Positions 38,344 through 52,533 of a stretch of 64,000 nt of DNA are shown in pieces. Under the pieces are notes generated by a model, which worked only from the letters and a program-made list of their open reading frames with translations, was not told where the DNA came from and ran no database searches. The first letter of the stretch is position 1; every line of letters begins with the position of its first letter. Origin of the DNA: Paraspadella gotoi (lineage: Eukaryota > Animalia > Chaetognatha); NCBI GenBank assembly GCA_051294375.1, contig CM119264.1:2664005-2728004 (forward strand), in the 5' to 3' direction. The translations under genes and the position numbers were made by a program.

Positions 38344-38528
38344 TGCTGCTCACCCAACACCCGCATTCTGCGACTTCTCTTTCCCCGAGTTCGTTCGCAC
38401 GAAGATGATCTACAATGAATCACTTCATGAATCACCTCATTAATCATTTAATTATTCAGCCCATGAATCACTTAATGAATCATCTAAGGAATCAGCTCAT
38501 GAATCACCTCATGAATCATCTATTGAAT

Positions 38529-39361
38529 AGATGATCATGAGCTGATTCTTGAGGTGATTCAATAGACTGATTCTTTAGTATGATCATGAGCTGATTCCTT
38601 AGATGATTCATTAAGTGATTCATGGTGCGATGAATGATTCATGAATGATTAATGAGAGTGATTCATGAGAGATGATTCATTAGATGATTCATTAGATGAT
38701 TCTTTAGATGATTCATGGAGATGCATTCATTAGATGATTCATGAGGTGATTCATTAGATGATTCATGAGCTGATACTTGAGGTGATTCATGAGGTGATTC
38801 ATGAGGAAATCATGAGGTGATTCAGTATGAAATACACGACGAGACCCGGAGCGTTTGCGACAGACGAGGGAAGAAACGAAAAAAAGGGATTAGCGAAAGC
38901 GGGCGTGGCAGAGGCGCCATCTTGGAATTTGGCGAGAAAAAAAAAACAAAAGTGGAAAAGGAAGACAGAAGTCGTCGAAATATCATTTTACAGTTCCATC
39001 AAGCTGATTGGTCAAGCTGACTGGTTGGTTTAAGGCCTCCATCACTCTTACAAGATAATGACAAAGCAGGCCCCTGCAATCTTTCAATCTTTAATTTAAA
39101 TAACATATAATATATAATATAATAATATAAACAATATATAATTCGATGAATCATCATCGGTGGGGGAAATTAAATATTAAAAAAAAGCGAAATGAAAATT
39201 GAAAAAAGGGAGATTTTTTTGGATGCGACGATCTGGCTTAGGTGAGGAAAAGGTGCAGTTCAGGGCGAAGAGTTAAGACCCGGTCAGAGGTCAAAGGTCA
39301 GGGCGACAAATGGAACCGGAGAGAAAGGGACAAATGGTCCGGGAATCCGTGACGACGTGCA

Positions 39362-39392
<31 letters not shown>

Positions 39393-39522
39393 CGAGAGAG
39401 AGATGAGAGAGAGAAGAGAGAGAGACGAGAGAGAGAGAGAGATGAGAGAGAGAGAAGAGAGAGGAGAGAGAGAGCGAAAGACAAAGTGACATCGTTGTCA
39501 CCATCAACATATAAGCGACAAA

Positions 39523-39604
<82 letters not shown>

Positions 39605-41355
39605 AACCCCCAACCCCTGGATTCCCCAAGGCCAAACGTCGACCGAAAAAAATGTTCTCAGTCATCGACGCGATGAGGAAAAAATGTGTTAGAGAGACAC
39701 GAACCAAGTGAGACGAACGAACGAACGAACGAACGAACGAAACGAACGAACGAACGAACGAACGAACGAAACAACGAACGAACGAACGAACGAACGAACA
39801 ACAAAGTGACATAATAAAGTACGAACTTATGAATAAAACTATTGAGTCGAACCAACGAACGAAGTGAAGTAATAACAACATACAAAACTAAAAGAGAAAC
39901 CCAAAAAAGACGAGTCGCTCGCTTTGCGGATGGTTCGAAGGGTTAAAGAGGATATGAGCGTCATAAAAGAAGCCGTCGTCGGGTCGATGCTGCTGCTGCT
40001 GCTGATGGCGGCGGCGGCGGCTGCCGCTTTGAGGCTTCCAGAGTCGTCAAAAGTCGACGGTGGAAATTTTTACCGATCGATCGGAGGAAGAGTCGAAAAA
40101 GACCGAGCTTCTTAATGAAATTCGTAGAACCGATATAAAAATTATTCATTCGTTTAAGAATAAGCCATCTTGCCCCTGACTTTGCCGGGCTATGCTGGGA
40201 TAAGGCCTTACGAGATAATGGCATAGCATGACCCTGTAAGCTTTCAATCAAGACTTTCTCACAGTCTAGTTATTAGTTCGATTTAAGTCAAAGCATATAG
40301 AGAACCGTGATCATGTCAAGTCAAGATTTTACGCGAAGCTAAGAAATTGATTGATAAAGTTGTCACCGATTTAATCGCGGAGATGTGAGAATTAGCGCGA
40401 CTGCGCGTGACTCTGAATATTCACGTTATGATTCCAGTTTCGAATTTCGTATTCTCCATCGAGAAAAATTTCAGGTGGGGGGGAAGTTTAAGCGGGGCAG
40501 ACAAACTGGGGGGGGGGAGTAAGATGGGGGTATAAGTCAAGGAAACAGGGCAATGAGAATGATAAAAGATAAGATGCCAAAAAGGTATGTGCAAAGGTAT
40601 GTGCAAAGGTATGCAAGGAGAATAACGGAGCATTTCACGAAAGAATAGACACGAAACGAAAAAATCATCGACAGTGGCATAAATCTTCCCTACCTCTTTG
40701 TTGCCCTCTTGATTCGCCATTGATCAGTGCTGCGAGAAACACTGGTGCCGGCAGAGAAACAGGTGGAAGCGCAGACAAACAGACAGGGAACAGCTAGGGC
40801 TGGAAGGGCACCAGCAGGGTACAGCAAGGGATCAGTAGGGTACGGGCAGAGACAGCGCCGTCCAAGGAAACTCGGAGAAGAAATTGGATCCCAGGAATCT
40901 CGACCTAAACTTTTTCGTCGTTTACATCAACTCGGGGAGGGGGCGGAGGGGACGGAAGGGGGGGGCGAGTTTCGTCCGGTTGCTCGACTCTCGTGACCTG
41001 AGGAGGTCAAGATGAAATTGCGGATGTGAATGAGATGAAGAGTGAATGAGAAGGCAGAGTGAGTAGATGGGAGAGTGATTAAAACAGCACAGTGAATTAA
41101 ATGGAAGGGTAAATGATACGACATTGATTAAAATGGCGCAGTAAATGAAATGTCAAAAGAATTATCTCTTCTTTTTTTTTTTTCTATCTCCTTTTATTCC
41201 TTATCTTTTCTTTCCTTTTCCTATCTCCCTTTATTTCCTTATCCCTTCTTTCCCTTTCCTTTCTTTTCCTTATTCTTTTCTCTATTTTCTTTTTGCTTTT
41301 CCTTTTCACCCAAATTCTCAATTTTCTCCGGCCAAAATTTCCTCCTTTGTCGAAC

Positions 41356-41434
<79 letters not shown>

Positions 41435-43102
41435 CCTCCATCTCTCTCTCGCTTGTCTACTCGAATGAAGGGAGAGGAAATTGAGTCTCCCCAATTCTGT
41501 TCCTGACGTCGAAGATTCCATTTGGCCACTTGACCAGCTGCCATTTTGCCATTTTATCATGCTCCATTTGCCATTTTATCCATGAATCCCATTTCAGCTG
41601 CCATTTTTTCCATTTTATCTATTCCGCCATTCTCAGTTGCCATTTTGGCGATTACATGTATTGCCGCAGCCACTGGTTTAAATATTAATCACATTTGTCA
41701 TTTTGCAATAATACCAAGTATCATCACAGGTTTATATTTTTCTATCATCTTTGCCAGTTGTCAATTTAAAAACTACACAACATTAGCGCTAACGTCTTGT
41801 CTACCTTGTCAGTAGTCAGTCCCTCGAATGACCATTTCACTTCCCCCCCCAATTTCTACCTCAGTGAACATTCAACGTTGTCGCTGTCACCCGATCGCCG
41901 CTTTTCACTCAATCACAGGCTCACCGATTTTTACTTAAACGGACGACTGATTCTTCTTCGGTCGAGCGATTCACTTGTCATTTATTGTCATTTCTTGTCA
42001 TACATTTAGTTCGATCTATGATCCCAAAGTATTAGTAGTAGTATTAGTAGTAGTAGAAGAAGTATTAGTAGTAATAGTAGTAATTGTATAGTAGTAAATA
42101 GTAGAGTAGTAATAATAATTACTCGAGTCCTTAACTGACGAGATTCAGGCCGGTAATTTTTTTTTTTGAGAGAAAATCCGTCGTGCGAAAAAAAAGTTAA
42201 AACTTTTTCCAAAATTTCTGCTTATAAACCTAAACTCGAAAAATGAAGCAAATATTTAAAGATTATAGCAAGAGCTGGCTGCCTGGGATGCCCATTGGGA
42301 TGGGCCATCTCACTGTTGGCTTTGGGGGCTTCGACCCTCAGTGACCTATCCAGCGGTTACCCTGGGGCGTGTCGCTTGTCAACGCAGAGGGAAGTCATTA
42401 GGACAGTGGGACACAACGGCTGGGTGGTGCGTTCCCTCTCTGAGCCAATGGGATTGGCAGAACAATGACGGATGTGAAGCGGTTGGAATATATCGCCACA
42501 AGATCACTCAAATCGTTCGGTGAAGATTAACTAAATAAATCCACTACGGTTCGTCTCACCCGAGGGGTTCTCACTCCACTCCAGTCCGTCACACTCAATA
42601 ATTCACGTTCTCGTCCACTCATTTCATCTTTCTCACTGCCACTCGGTGCACTCTTGTCCGTCATGAACTTATTTTTTAACGCCACTCCTGTTAGTCGAAT
42701 CCCCCTGTATTTCACACTCCACTCCTGTTCGTCGTCACACTCTTTCCTCGGTTGTTCGTCATCGACTTTCGATGTTCCTTTGAGTGGGTTATGCATACCG
42801 AAGTTGAAGCGAAATGGAACAACGACGACAACGACGACAACAACGACAAAAGATGTGAAGATAAAGGAATTCGTTTCAATCGGTTTTGGTGAGTGGTGAG
42901 TGGTGAGTGGTGAGGTGATTTGGCTAAGATTTATGATTTATTTTATTGTGTTAATGACAACAATAAAAAAAATAAGGGAAAAAGTTTACCAAAAATTGAT
43001 AAATCACTTTTTAGGGATCATTTTTTACGGTTGTCGATCGAGAAAAACAGTGACGAAAAAAGTGATGTTGCTCTCTCTCCCTCTCTCTCTCTCTCTTCTC
43101 TA

Positions 43103-43152
<50 letters not shown>

Positions 43153-44343
43153 CTCCTCTCTCTCTCTTTCTTCTATCTCTTCTTTTCTTTATTATTTTTC
43201 CTTGAAATTTCAGTTTTCTTCTTTTATCTTCTCCATTTTATTTCATTCCCTACTTTACTTAAGTTTTTTTTCAGATTACCTCTTTCACCTTCCTTCCTTT
43301 CCTCCCTTCCTTTTCTCCCTTCCTTTCCTCCCTATCTTCCCTTCCTTTTCTCCCTTTCCTTCCTCCCTATCTCCCTTCCATTCCTCCCTTTCTCACACTT
43401 TCTTCCTTTCCTCCCTATCTTCCTCCTTTTCCTCCCTTTTCCTCCACGGATTGTTCCTCCGCTTCCTTACGGCCTCCTTCGGCCCACTAACGTCGTCCTG
43501 ATCGAGAATCTCATTCGCGAACCTTTCATCCGGGGTCAAAGACTCTGGAGGGATGAGCGCCTAAGACTGTTTGGGATGAGACCTAGACTATTTGGGATTG
43601 AGACCTAGGACAGTTGGTGAGAAAACTACACTGTTTGGGATTACCCAGACTGATTACTGCTTTAGGTTTAATATGATTTCAGAGCTTTCTCTAAGTTTCT
43701 TCTATCCCTGCGCTACATTCTGAACTCGAACGAAATGCTCCACTAAGTTATAATACATATTACATAATTTCCTAACTTATTAATTCATTTTAAACTAATT
43801 GATATTTTCTTAACTATTGATATATTTTTACACGACACCGCGCTGCTCAAGCATTATCCCACTATCTCTCTCGCACTTAGCTTTTTTCACTCTCTGTACT
43901 TTTTCTTATTCTTAACTTCGATATCTTTCGTGAGCATCATTTTTTCCCCCAACCTCTTCTCCTCTCTTCCCCAATCTGCTTTCTGTCTTCCCCAATCTCA
44001 TTCCTCTCTTCCCCGAATCTCTCTATCCTCTCATATACACCAAATCTTCTTTCCCTTTTTCCCAATTTTCTTTTCCTTCTTCCCCAAGTCTTCTTTCCTT
44101 CTCTTCCCCAATCTTCTTTCCTTCTTTTCCCCAATCTTCTCCTTTCTTCCCCAATCTTCTTTCTCTCTTTCCCCAATCTTCTTTCCTCTTTTCTCCCAAT
44201 ATCTTCCTTTCCTTCTTTCCCAATCTTCTTTCCTCTCTTCCCCAATCTTCTTTCCTCTTTTCCCCAATTTCTTTTCCTATTTTCCCCCCAATCTATCTTT
44301 CCTCTCTCCCAAATCTTTCTTTTCCTTCTCCCCATTCTCTCTT
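38529..44343 (-). repeat. Inverted copy of ~28270-34270 (probable assembly artefact)
   Basis: Colinear reverse complement throughout (e.g. 33901 CAAGATGGCG vs 38914 CGCCATCTTG; the MSVIKEA and MSVMNLFF ORFs are mirrored). Indel-dominated differences; ends at a 25-N gap (44344-44368). Confidence 0.92.
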
Positions 44344-44368
44344 NNNNNNNNNNNNNNNNNNNNNNNNN

Positions 44369-47300
44369 AATGAATCACTTCATGAATCACCTCATTAATC
44401 ATTTAATTTTTCAGCCCATGAATCACTTAATGAATCATCTAAGGAATCACCTCATGAATAATCTAATGAATCAGCTCATGAATCACCTCATGAATCTTCC
44501 CTCTTTTCACTTGATTTTTGAATTAAGATTCGCGTACAAAGTATCGTTTGCATCGGAATTTCTCCTCACGTTTGAATTATTATTATTTCTTTTCTTTTTC
44601 GGTCGAATTTTCTCTTCTTTTTGTTTCCTATATAATATTCTCTTACCTCTCTTACTTCTCTAAATTTTCTCATTCTCCTCCTATCTCTCTCTCTCTCCCC
44701 ATCTCTCTCTCCCAATCTGTCTCTCCCCATCTCTCTCTCCCATCTCTCTCGCCCCATCTCTCTCTCCCATATCTCTCTCCCCATCTCTCTCTCCCCATCT
44801 CTCTCTCTCTCCCGATAACTGTCCGACCATTACTGTCCCATCATCACTGTCTCTCCACCTTTGCTCATTTTCGAAGACTCACTTTTCGCCCACATTTTTT
44901 TCTCCCTCACACTTACCTCGGGATTTCCTTACCCCAACTTTTTTTAATCTATCCATCACATCGCGTGAACATCTCTCACCTTCACTTTTATTCTTCTCTC
45001 AATTTTCTGACAATTTTCACCATCAAAACAAATCCGTTGTGTCACCATCACAAGACTTGAGTTATTCCTGCGTGAAAAAAAACTTGTGATGTATCACTTG
45101 TGACCTCGAATTTCGCTTCACTTCACTTTCCCCTTCTCCGCCGCACGTCGCATTAAATTTGGTTCTGGCAATCATCTTTGCTCCGCCGACCCGCAGCCGC
45201 CGCTGCCGACGCCGNNNNNNNNNNNNNNNNNNNNNNNNNNNNNNNNNNNNNNNNNNNNNNNNNNNNNNNNNNNNNNNNNNNNNNNNNNNNNNNNNNNNNN
45301 NNNNNNNNNNNNNNNNNNNNNNNNNNNNNNNNNNNNNNNNNNNNNNNNNNNNNNNNNNNNNNNNNNNNNNNNNNNNNNNNNNNNNNNNNNNNNNNNNNNN
45401 NNNNNNNNNNNNNNNNNNNNNNNNNNNNNNNNNNNNNNNNNNNNNNNNNNNNNNNNNNNNNNNNNNNNNNNNNNNNNNNNNNNNNNNNNNNNNNNNNNNN
45501 NNNNNNNNNNNNNNNNNNNNNNNNNNNNNNNNNNNNNNNNNNNNNNNNNNNNNNNNNNNNNNNNNNNNNNNNNNNNNNNNNNNNNNNNNNNNNNNNNNNN
45601 NNNNNNNNNNNNNNNNNNNNNNNNNNNNNNNNNNNNNNNNNNNNNNNNNNNNNNNNNNNNNNNNNNNNNNNNNNNNNNNNNNNNNNNNGAGAGAGAGAGA
45701 GTCATTGCAATTCTCGACGAGGGTCAAACGCGGGTTTTTCTCTCTTTGTATTCTTCTCACTCAGAAGAATTAATCGGTTTTCTTTCTTTTTGGTTTTGTG
45801 GTCGAGCGACGGGCTGGCGAGTGGCCAGTGGCGTGAAAGGCGTGAAATATTCAGCTGCGGAGTGTTCACCGGTTATGATAAACGTGACGCGGGAGAAGAT
45901 TCGCTCATTGGCCCGTAATGAGTGAATGTAATTATTCTATATTATGATAAAATTAAAACAAAAAAAAATCATATGATATGAATTTTAAGCAAGGTAGCGT
46001 ATAATTTAACTAAACGAATAATCAAAAAAAAAATTCTTAAATAAAAGAAAAAAGAAAGAAACGTGAAAGACAAAGAATCACAACTTCAAGGCCGAAACTC
46101 ATAACACAAGGTAATTATATACGGAACTGATATAGAAATTAGAACCAGAAAACCGGATGTCGAAAGAATAAATATCTCAAACACGGATGTATATATCGAG
46201 AAACCCCGTATGTAAATAGGCGAAAGGCGAATGTGATCGGCGCCATTAGTTCCGGGTAAGTGACTCTTTCAAAGTGTGAACCGTCAAAGGGTGAGTTAAG
46301 TCGCGCGGTTCGATTCACATTTTAATTCCTCGTTGATTGGAACCGAAAAAGATTTTGACCTTCGCTTAAGTTGACCTCTTGACGGCCCGACCTTTCCTTT
46401 CCCGAAGCCAACGTATTGATTGGTCGAGTTGATCTCATTGCTTGATCCTCTGCTTGATACTTCGCTTCGAATCCAAATGTTGGCTTAAAGTTTGTGCTTG
46501 GGCTGTTGCCCTCCTTCCCTCTCGGCCGGTTTCCAGCGGTCGACCCGCCAGACTAAAGACCCTCTCGAAAGGTCGGCCTTTTTTTTCGGCCTGTCGGCCT
46601 GTTGGCCTATTGCTTTGTTGGCCTGTTGGCCTGTTGGCCTATTGGTTTGTTGGCCTGTTGGCCTGTCGGCCGAAACTCGAACGTGCAGCGCGTCTTTTCC
46701 CTTTTCCTCTTTTAACAGGTTAATCGCGTCTACTTCTATCCATTTTAGGTTAGGCTCTCGTGTGAATTTATGAAAAGAGATGAGATGTGAAAGATGTGAG
46801 ATATCGTATGCGGGTGCTGAGATAATATGCGATAATGTAATTTTAATAACGAAGCGTTAGAAACAGCAACCAATGGTATTTATTTATTTTTTACGTATAA
46901 AACCGCTTACGTAATTCCTCCTTTGCTATTTTTCCCCATTTTTATTCTTTAGAAAACGAAAAAAAAAGTTTAAAAGTCCTTTTTGCCAATTAATGGTAAA
47001 CTAAGTCCGTCGGTTTTCGTCTTGAAAGTCTTTTAAATATATTAAGCTATTTGATTTCATTTTAATTTAAAATTTCGATTTATTGAGGGCCCAACATTTA
47101 TCATTTTTTCTCGATTAGATCTTATCTTTTTGTCGGTCCGTCCGTCTATCAGTCTGTTTGTCAGCCAATGCGTTAAACGACAATTACGAGAAGAGCTTTT
47201 GATGACGATAACAAATTACAGACGTGAGACAAAACGCACAGAGGAAACTGTGATTTGTGATTGTGAAGATAGAAGGTGAAAGATGGAAGGAAAAGAGAAG

Positions 47301-48253
47301 TGATAAGAAAAATAAGAAGAGAATGGGAGGGAAGAAAAGAAAAGAAAAGAAAAGAAAAGAAAAGAAAAGAAAAGAAAAGAAAAGAAAAGAAAAGAAAAGA
47401 AAATAGAAAATCTACTAGAGAGAAAAAAAATTGGTTCTAGTCAGCGATTTTAGACCAGATTAGGTCGGGTTAGGGTCTTGGGTCGGGTCACGGGTCGGGT
47501 CAGTTCATGGGTCAGTTCATGGGTCAGGTCATGGATCCGTTCAGGGGTCGGGTCACGGTTAAGGTCATCGACCTTTCCACCCAAATCCTCCTTCGCGCCT
47601 TCTCGCCTTTTTTTCAATCTTCCGCGAAGTTAGAACTGGGATAAATGAGAAATGGTATTAAGGGAAGTGGTAAAAGAAAAGTGAAAAGTGGCAGATGGTA
47701 AATGAGAAATGGTATTAAGGGAAGTGGTAAAATAAAAGTGAAAAGTGGCGGATGGTAAATGATAAATGGTATTAAGGGAAGTGGTAAAAGAAAAGTGAAA
47801 AGTGGCAAATGGTAAATGAGAAATGGTATGAGGGCAAATTGAAAAATAAAAGTGAGAAATGGCATGTAAGAAGCTGAATTAGGCAAAAGGCCAGAAGCAC
47901 AAAGCATTGCTTATGTTTGATCGTCCTTTATTAGAGTCCATGAATGAAATTGAGGTTCCAAGACAAAGATGGCGACAAAAAAAGACAAAGATAGAAAACA
48001 GACAAGATAATGCAAATTATAACATGCACAATTTTCGAGTTGGAGAAAAGTAGAGAACTAAAGTAGTAAATACTAAAGTAAATACTAAAGTAAATACAAA
48101 AGTAAATACTAAAGTAGTAAATACTACGTACTACATAAAACTTAGGTTCAGGTCAACGATCAGATTCAATATATAACCTAAAATTTTCGTCGATGTAACC
48201 GGTTTTTAATGTACTGAGCGCCGGCAATTATCGAGCAGTCCCCACCTGAGCCT

Positions 48254-48293
<40 letters not shown>

Positions 48294-48365
48294 TGCTGCC
48301 TCACCCAACACCCGCATTCTGCCGACATCTCTTTCCCCGAGTTCGTTCGCACGAAGATGATCTAC
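44369..48365 (+). repeat. Direct copy of 34269-38413
   Basis: Colinear match. The internal gap 45215-45688 corresponds to sequence present at ~35107-35680. Confidence 0.92.
48246..48361 (-). CDS. Candidate poly-Ala exon on the minus strand (copies 38269-38409 and ~60234-60341)
   Basis: Minus strand CTCTTTTTTCGCTTTTCCTGCGTAG acceptor, frame (D)HLRANELGERDVGRMRVLGEA15EAQ, donor CAG|GTGGGG. Confidence 0.4.
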
Positions 48366-50091
48366 GCAGGAAAAGCGAAAAAAGAGCCGATAATCATCAA
48401 TCAGGGAAAAGGGGGGAGTGGACCGGGGTGGTGGGGATTGGTAGGGATTGGTGGGGAGTGGTGAATCGGCTACCATCTTCTTATCACCAATTCTGACCGA
48501 CTCCTTACACTCTACCTACAGCTCGCTGGTGCAATCCCTACCATCCTTCAATTCCCTATCACTCCTTCAAATCCCTGCCATTTCCCTAACCACTCCCCCA
48601 CATCCAGTACCACTCTCTATCAGCTCCGCTGACCCTATCCCACCACTCCCCCCAACCCAATCCTACAAGACGAGAGGGCCAAAGGGCATAGGTAGGGATC
48701 AGAAAATCGAGCACGGATTTTCCCAAGGAGAAGCGTAATGGCGAGGATTTGATAGGAATACCAAGCTGAACCATGTGTTCTATGGAAGCCTGTATGTCGG
48801 CGTCCTGCCCGGCGATGTCAGCAGTGCCGAGTCGGCGATTCCTTCGCGGTATCGACGAACGCGACGGCGGGCTCAGACTGACGCCGACGAGTTATGCCAG
48901 GACATGCCGCAGAGCAGGACGGCGCCCACCCAGCAAGCGACGATGGTCGCGGCGGCCCTGTGTCTGTGCGTGTACATTGGCCCGCACAAGCGCGCCGGCA
49001 GGCGGCGGAGGGCTGGGAGGACGGCGGCGGCTGGCCGGCGCCGCCGGCGGGAGCAGCGGGCGCCGCGAAGGCGGAACCGGGCACGGCGGCGGCCAGCCGG
49101 CCGCAGAAAAAAGAAGAACCGAACGAACAGGCGCGCACCCGGTAATGGCGGCGCCACGTCAACGGCGCGGGGGGGTCCCGCGAGGAGGCAGAAGCCGGAA
49201 AGAAGGCGGTGACGGACCCCAGGAACCTGGTGCCTGACGCCGCCCAGGGACGTAACATAATCTCCAGGGCAGGGTGAGGCCGATGTGTCAGCGTGGAGAA
49301 GTTAGCGGACGGGCGAGAGTGGACCAATTACAAAACTGGAGGTGTGAAAACACCTCGAGAGGGGCGGAGACAAGCGATTTTAGAACGAGGGGATGGATAA
49401 AGTAAAAGGTTGCAGACAGTGAAAGGGGAAAGAGAAAAATGAGGGCAGAGGAAGGAGAAGATAGAAAAGAAGCAATGAAGTATTCAGAAGATTAGTAAAA
49501 TTTGAAGGGTCGGACACGGGGGCAGAAGGAGAGGAGAGGATATTTCTGCTATGTCGAAGGAATGCCTTTAAGGGGATTTAAATTGTACGATTTAATAAAA
49601 GGATAACCAGGTTAATGTATAAGTAACAGTCATGTAGACGGCGCCTTGAAGGAGGCATCCGTACTTTATGCAAGGACAGAGCACGTCGGACAGAGAGGCA
49701 ATTATTCATGTTATAAGGTGATAACCGAATATATCGGTTAGGTATACAGAATTTAGGAATCTGAGATCCGGTTTTTAATAGGCACAATAAGGGTGAACTA
49801 ATGGCGCACCAGTGAACGCATTGGGGATCTGAAACTTGCCTGAGGTGGGCGACGAAGCGATGCCAGGAAGAGGAGGAACGGTGCACGGCACGGTTGCAGT
49901 ATAGATGTGACAGGTTGGCGATGCAACAGGTGTGAGGCAGGCGGGGCAGGCCAGGCGGGGGGGGAATTGGGAATATTGCGGGTAGTGGGAGAGGCCCTGC
50001 GAAGGGAGAATATGATGATCAGGTAATAACATGGAGGTGATGACATTCGTATGGCGAGGGAAAGTTTCCGCAAGCAGGGTAGACAGGGTGT

Positions 50092-50270
50092 CGCGCGCGC
50101 GCGCGCGCGCGCGCGCGCGCGTACGCTGACGATATTTCTTGCCTGTCGCGCGCGCGCGGAAGCTGCGCGCGCGCGCGCGGGCGCGCGCGCGCGCGCACTG
50201 CTGCGCGCGCGCGCGCGCGCGCGCGCTCGCGCGCGCGCGCGCAGCGCGACCGCGCGCGCGACCGCGCAAG
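50092..50270. repeat. (CG)n alternating tract
   Basis: Several (CG)8-14 runs, lying in a segment absent from the redundant copy of this locus. Confidence 0.8.
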
Positions 50271-52227
50271 CTTGTGCGACCGGAATGGGGGGCGGGTTCG
50301 ATGAAAGCGGGAGCTGGAAGAGTAAGCACCCAAAAATAAAAGGCATCATCGAATGGAATGAGATAGAAAATCGATGAGGGCAGCAGGCCGAACACAGAGG
50401 TAAGATACGAGATAGGACCAAGAAAATGAGCAGAGAGAGAGAGAGAGGGAGGAGATGAGTAGAGAGAGAGACGAGAGAAAGAGGAGAGAACGAATTTTTA
50501 ATTTGACGTGAGTAAAGAGAGAGTAGAGAGTGAGAGAGAGAGAGGAGACGAAGGCCAGGAAGCCAGAGCGGAGTGCGAGCGCGCGCGGGGGNNNNNNNNN
50601 NNNNNNNNNNNNNNNNGTAGGGATTGGTAAGGAGTGGTAGGGATTGGTAGGGAGTGGTAAGGAGTGGTAGGTAGTGATCGGGAGTGGTAGGAATTGGTAA
50701 GGAGTGGTTGGGAGATCCGAGGAATGATAGCGAGGTGGTCTAAAAGTCTGGGAGTGTGAGTGCCAGGGAGTGTTGTTTTCCTTAAATGAAGGAAACTCTT
50801 AAGTGAGGATTGAAGAAGGAGAATTATCTCAATTCAAAACTCAATTTTCAGAACTAAAATATATACAATTATAAACATTTATATAATTGAAACATTCTTC
50901 GAAATATCATACAACTTCACTGATATGGAACCAGAAGCTCTGGGAGTCTTGATTAAAAGCTCGAAGGGTCCGGATATAATATTTTTAGNNNNNNNNNNNN
51001 NNNNNNNNNNNNNNNNNNNNNNNNNNNNNNNNNNNNNNNNNNNNNNNNNNNNNNNNNNNNNNNNNNNNNNNNNNNNNNNNNNNNNNNNNNNNNNNNNNNN
51101 NNNNNNNNNNNNNNNNNNNNNNNNNNNNNNNNNNNNNNNNNNNNNNNNNNNNNNNNNNNNNNNNNNNNNNNNNNNNNNNNNNNNNNNNNNNNNNNNNNNN
51201 NNNNNNNNNNNNNNNNNNNNNNNNNNNNNNNNNNNNNNNNNNNNNNNNNNNNNNNNNNNNNNNNNNNNNNNNNNNNNNNNNNNNNNNNNNNNNNNNNNNN
51301 NNNNNNNNNNNNNNNNNNNNNNNNNNNNNNNNNNNNNNNNNNNNNNNNNNNNNNNNNNNNNNNNNNNNNNNNNNNNNNNNNNNNNNNNNNNNNNNNNNNN
51401 NNNNNNNNNNNNNNNNNNNNNNNNNNNNNNNNNNNNNNNNNNNNNNNNNNNNNNNNNNNNNNNNNNNNNNNNNNNNNNNNNNNNNNNNNNNNNNNNNNNN
51501 NNNNNNNNNNNNNNNNNNNNNNNNNNNNNNNNNNNNNNNNNNNNNNNNNNNNNNCATTCACTACTTTCCGCTCCGGGCCGCGCGAGTATAGCTGGAGAAT
51601 TATAAAGTTTTTTCGGTACGTAGGCTGGTTTCAGTACCGTTTGGTTTTTGTCATCGGTCGCTTTTAGTAAAATAGCCATATAATTGCTATAGTTGTTTGT
51701 CATTGGCAAAAACCTGAATTCCCTAAGGAACCTCGGCCTAGTAGAAATCGATGGTAGTGCGATCGTCCATAATTCAGGGCCTAAGAAGTTTTTACTTTAT
51801 GTCATGTCACTAGTCATATCCATGTGATAAAGTCCATGCCGGCGGAAGACTTTAATGAAATAATCTCGTTATTCTTGTTTTTTGGTTTTTTTTTTTTTTT
51901 GATAAGAAGGCAAAAGGCAATATATACACAAGGTAGCTGTAAAGTCCGGGATAGCTATTACTAGTTTCTCCGATGAATGAATAAGTGTTTTTCGATATTG
52001 TTCTACCGATTTTCACATAACGTAAATAAGTTACATCTAAGGAAATCCGATTTTTTCAAAGGTTCCAGCTTCAAAGCCGATTTTCAGTATTAAGCATGCA
52101 GATGAGCAAATGTTTATTTTTTCGGGACGCTTATAGAAACTAGAGATAAAATTTATGTCGTCGTCGTCGTCGTCGTCTTCGCATTTAACGTTAACATTCG
52201 TCACGATTGACAATTTCACCATCACCG

Positions 52228-52416
52228 TCATTGTGACATCAGGGCTCATGTCTCTGTCATTGTCGATTGTCATTGTCATTGTGACATCAGGGCTCATGTC
52301 TCTGTCATATCGATTGTCATTGTCATTGTGACATCAGGGCTAATGTCTCTGTCATTGTTGATTGTCATTGTCATTGTGACATCAGGGCTCATGTCTCTGT
52401 CATTGTCGATTGTCAT
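52228..52416. repeat. 48-bp tandem repeat, 4 copies
   Basis: Unit TCATTGTGACATCAGGGCTCATGTCTCTGTCATTGTCGATTGTCATTG. Confidence 0.92.
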
Positions 52417-52533
52417 CGTTATTCTTACGTATTTTTCCCATTAGAGTCAATTTCGTATTATTGTCTTCGTGACTACACATGCCCTATCACTAGATCTTTG
52501 CNNNNNNNNNNAGGTCAATCGAACCCGAATTTT

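Noticed and set aside
44370-44663. (MNHL)n repeat protein
   Set aside because: Translation of the 12-bp minisatellite; the frame is not kept in the other copies.
48773-50421. Overlapping Arg/Ala-rich ORFs
   Set aside because: High GC and (CG)n suppress stop codons, there is no recognisable domain, and the segment is missing from the duplicate copy.
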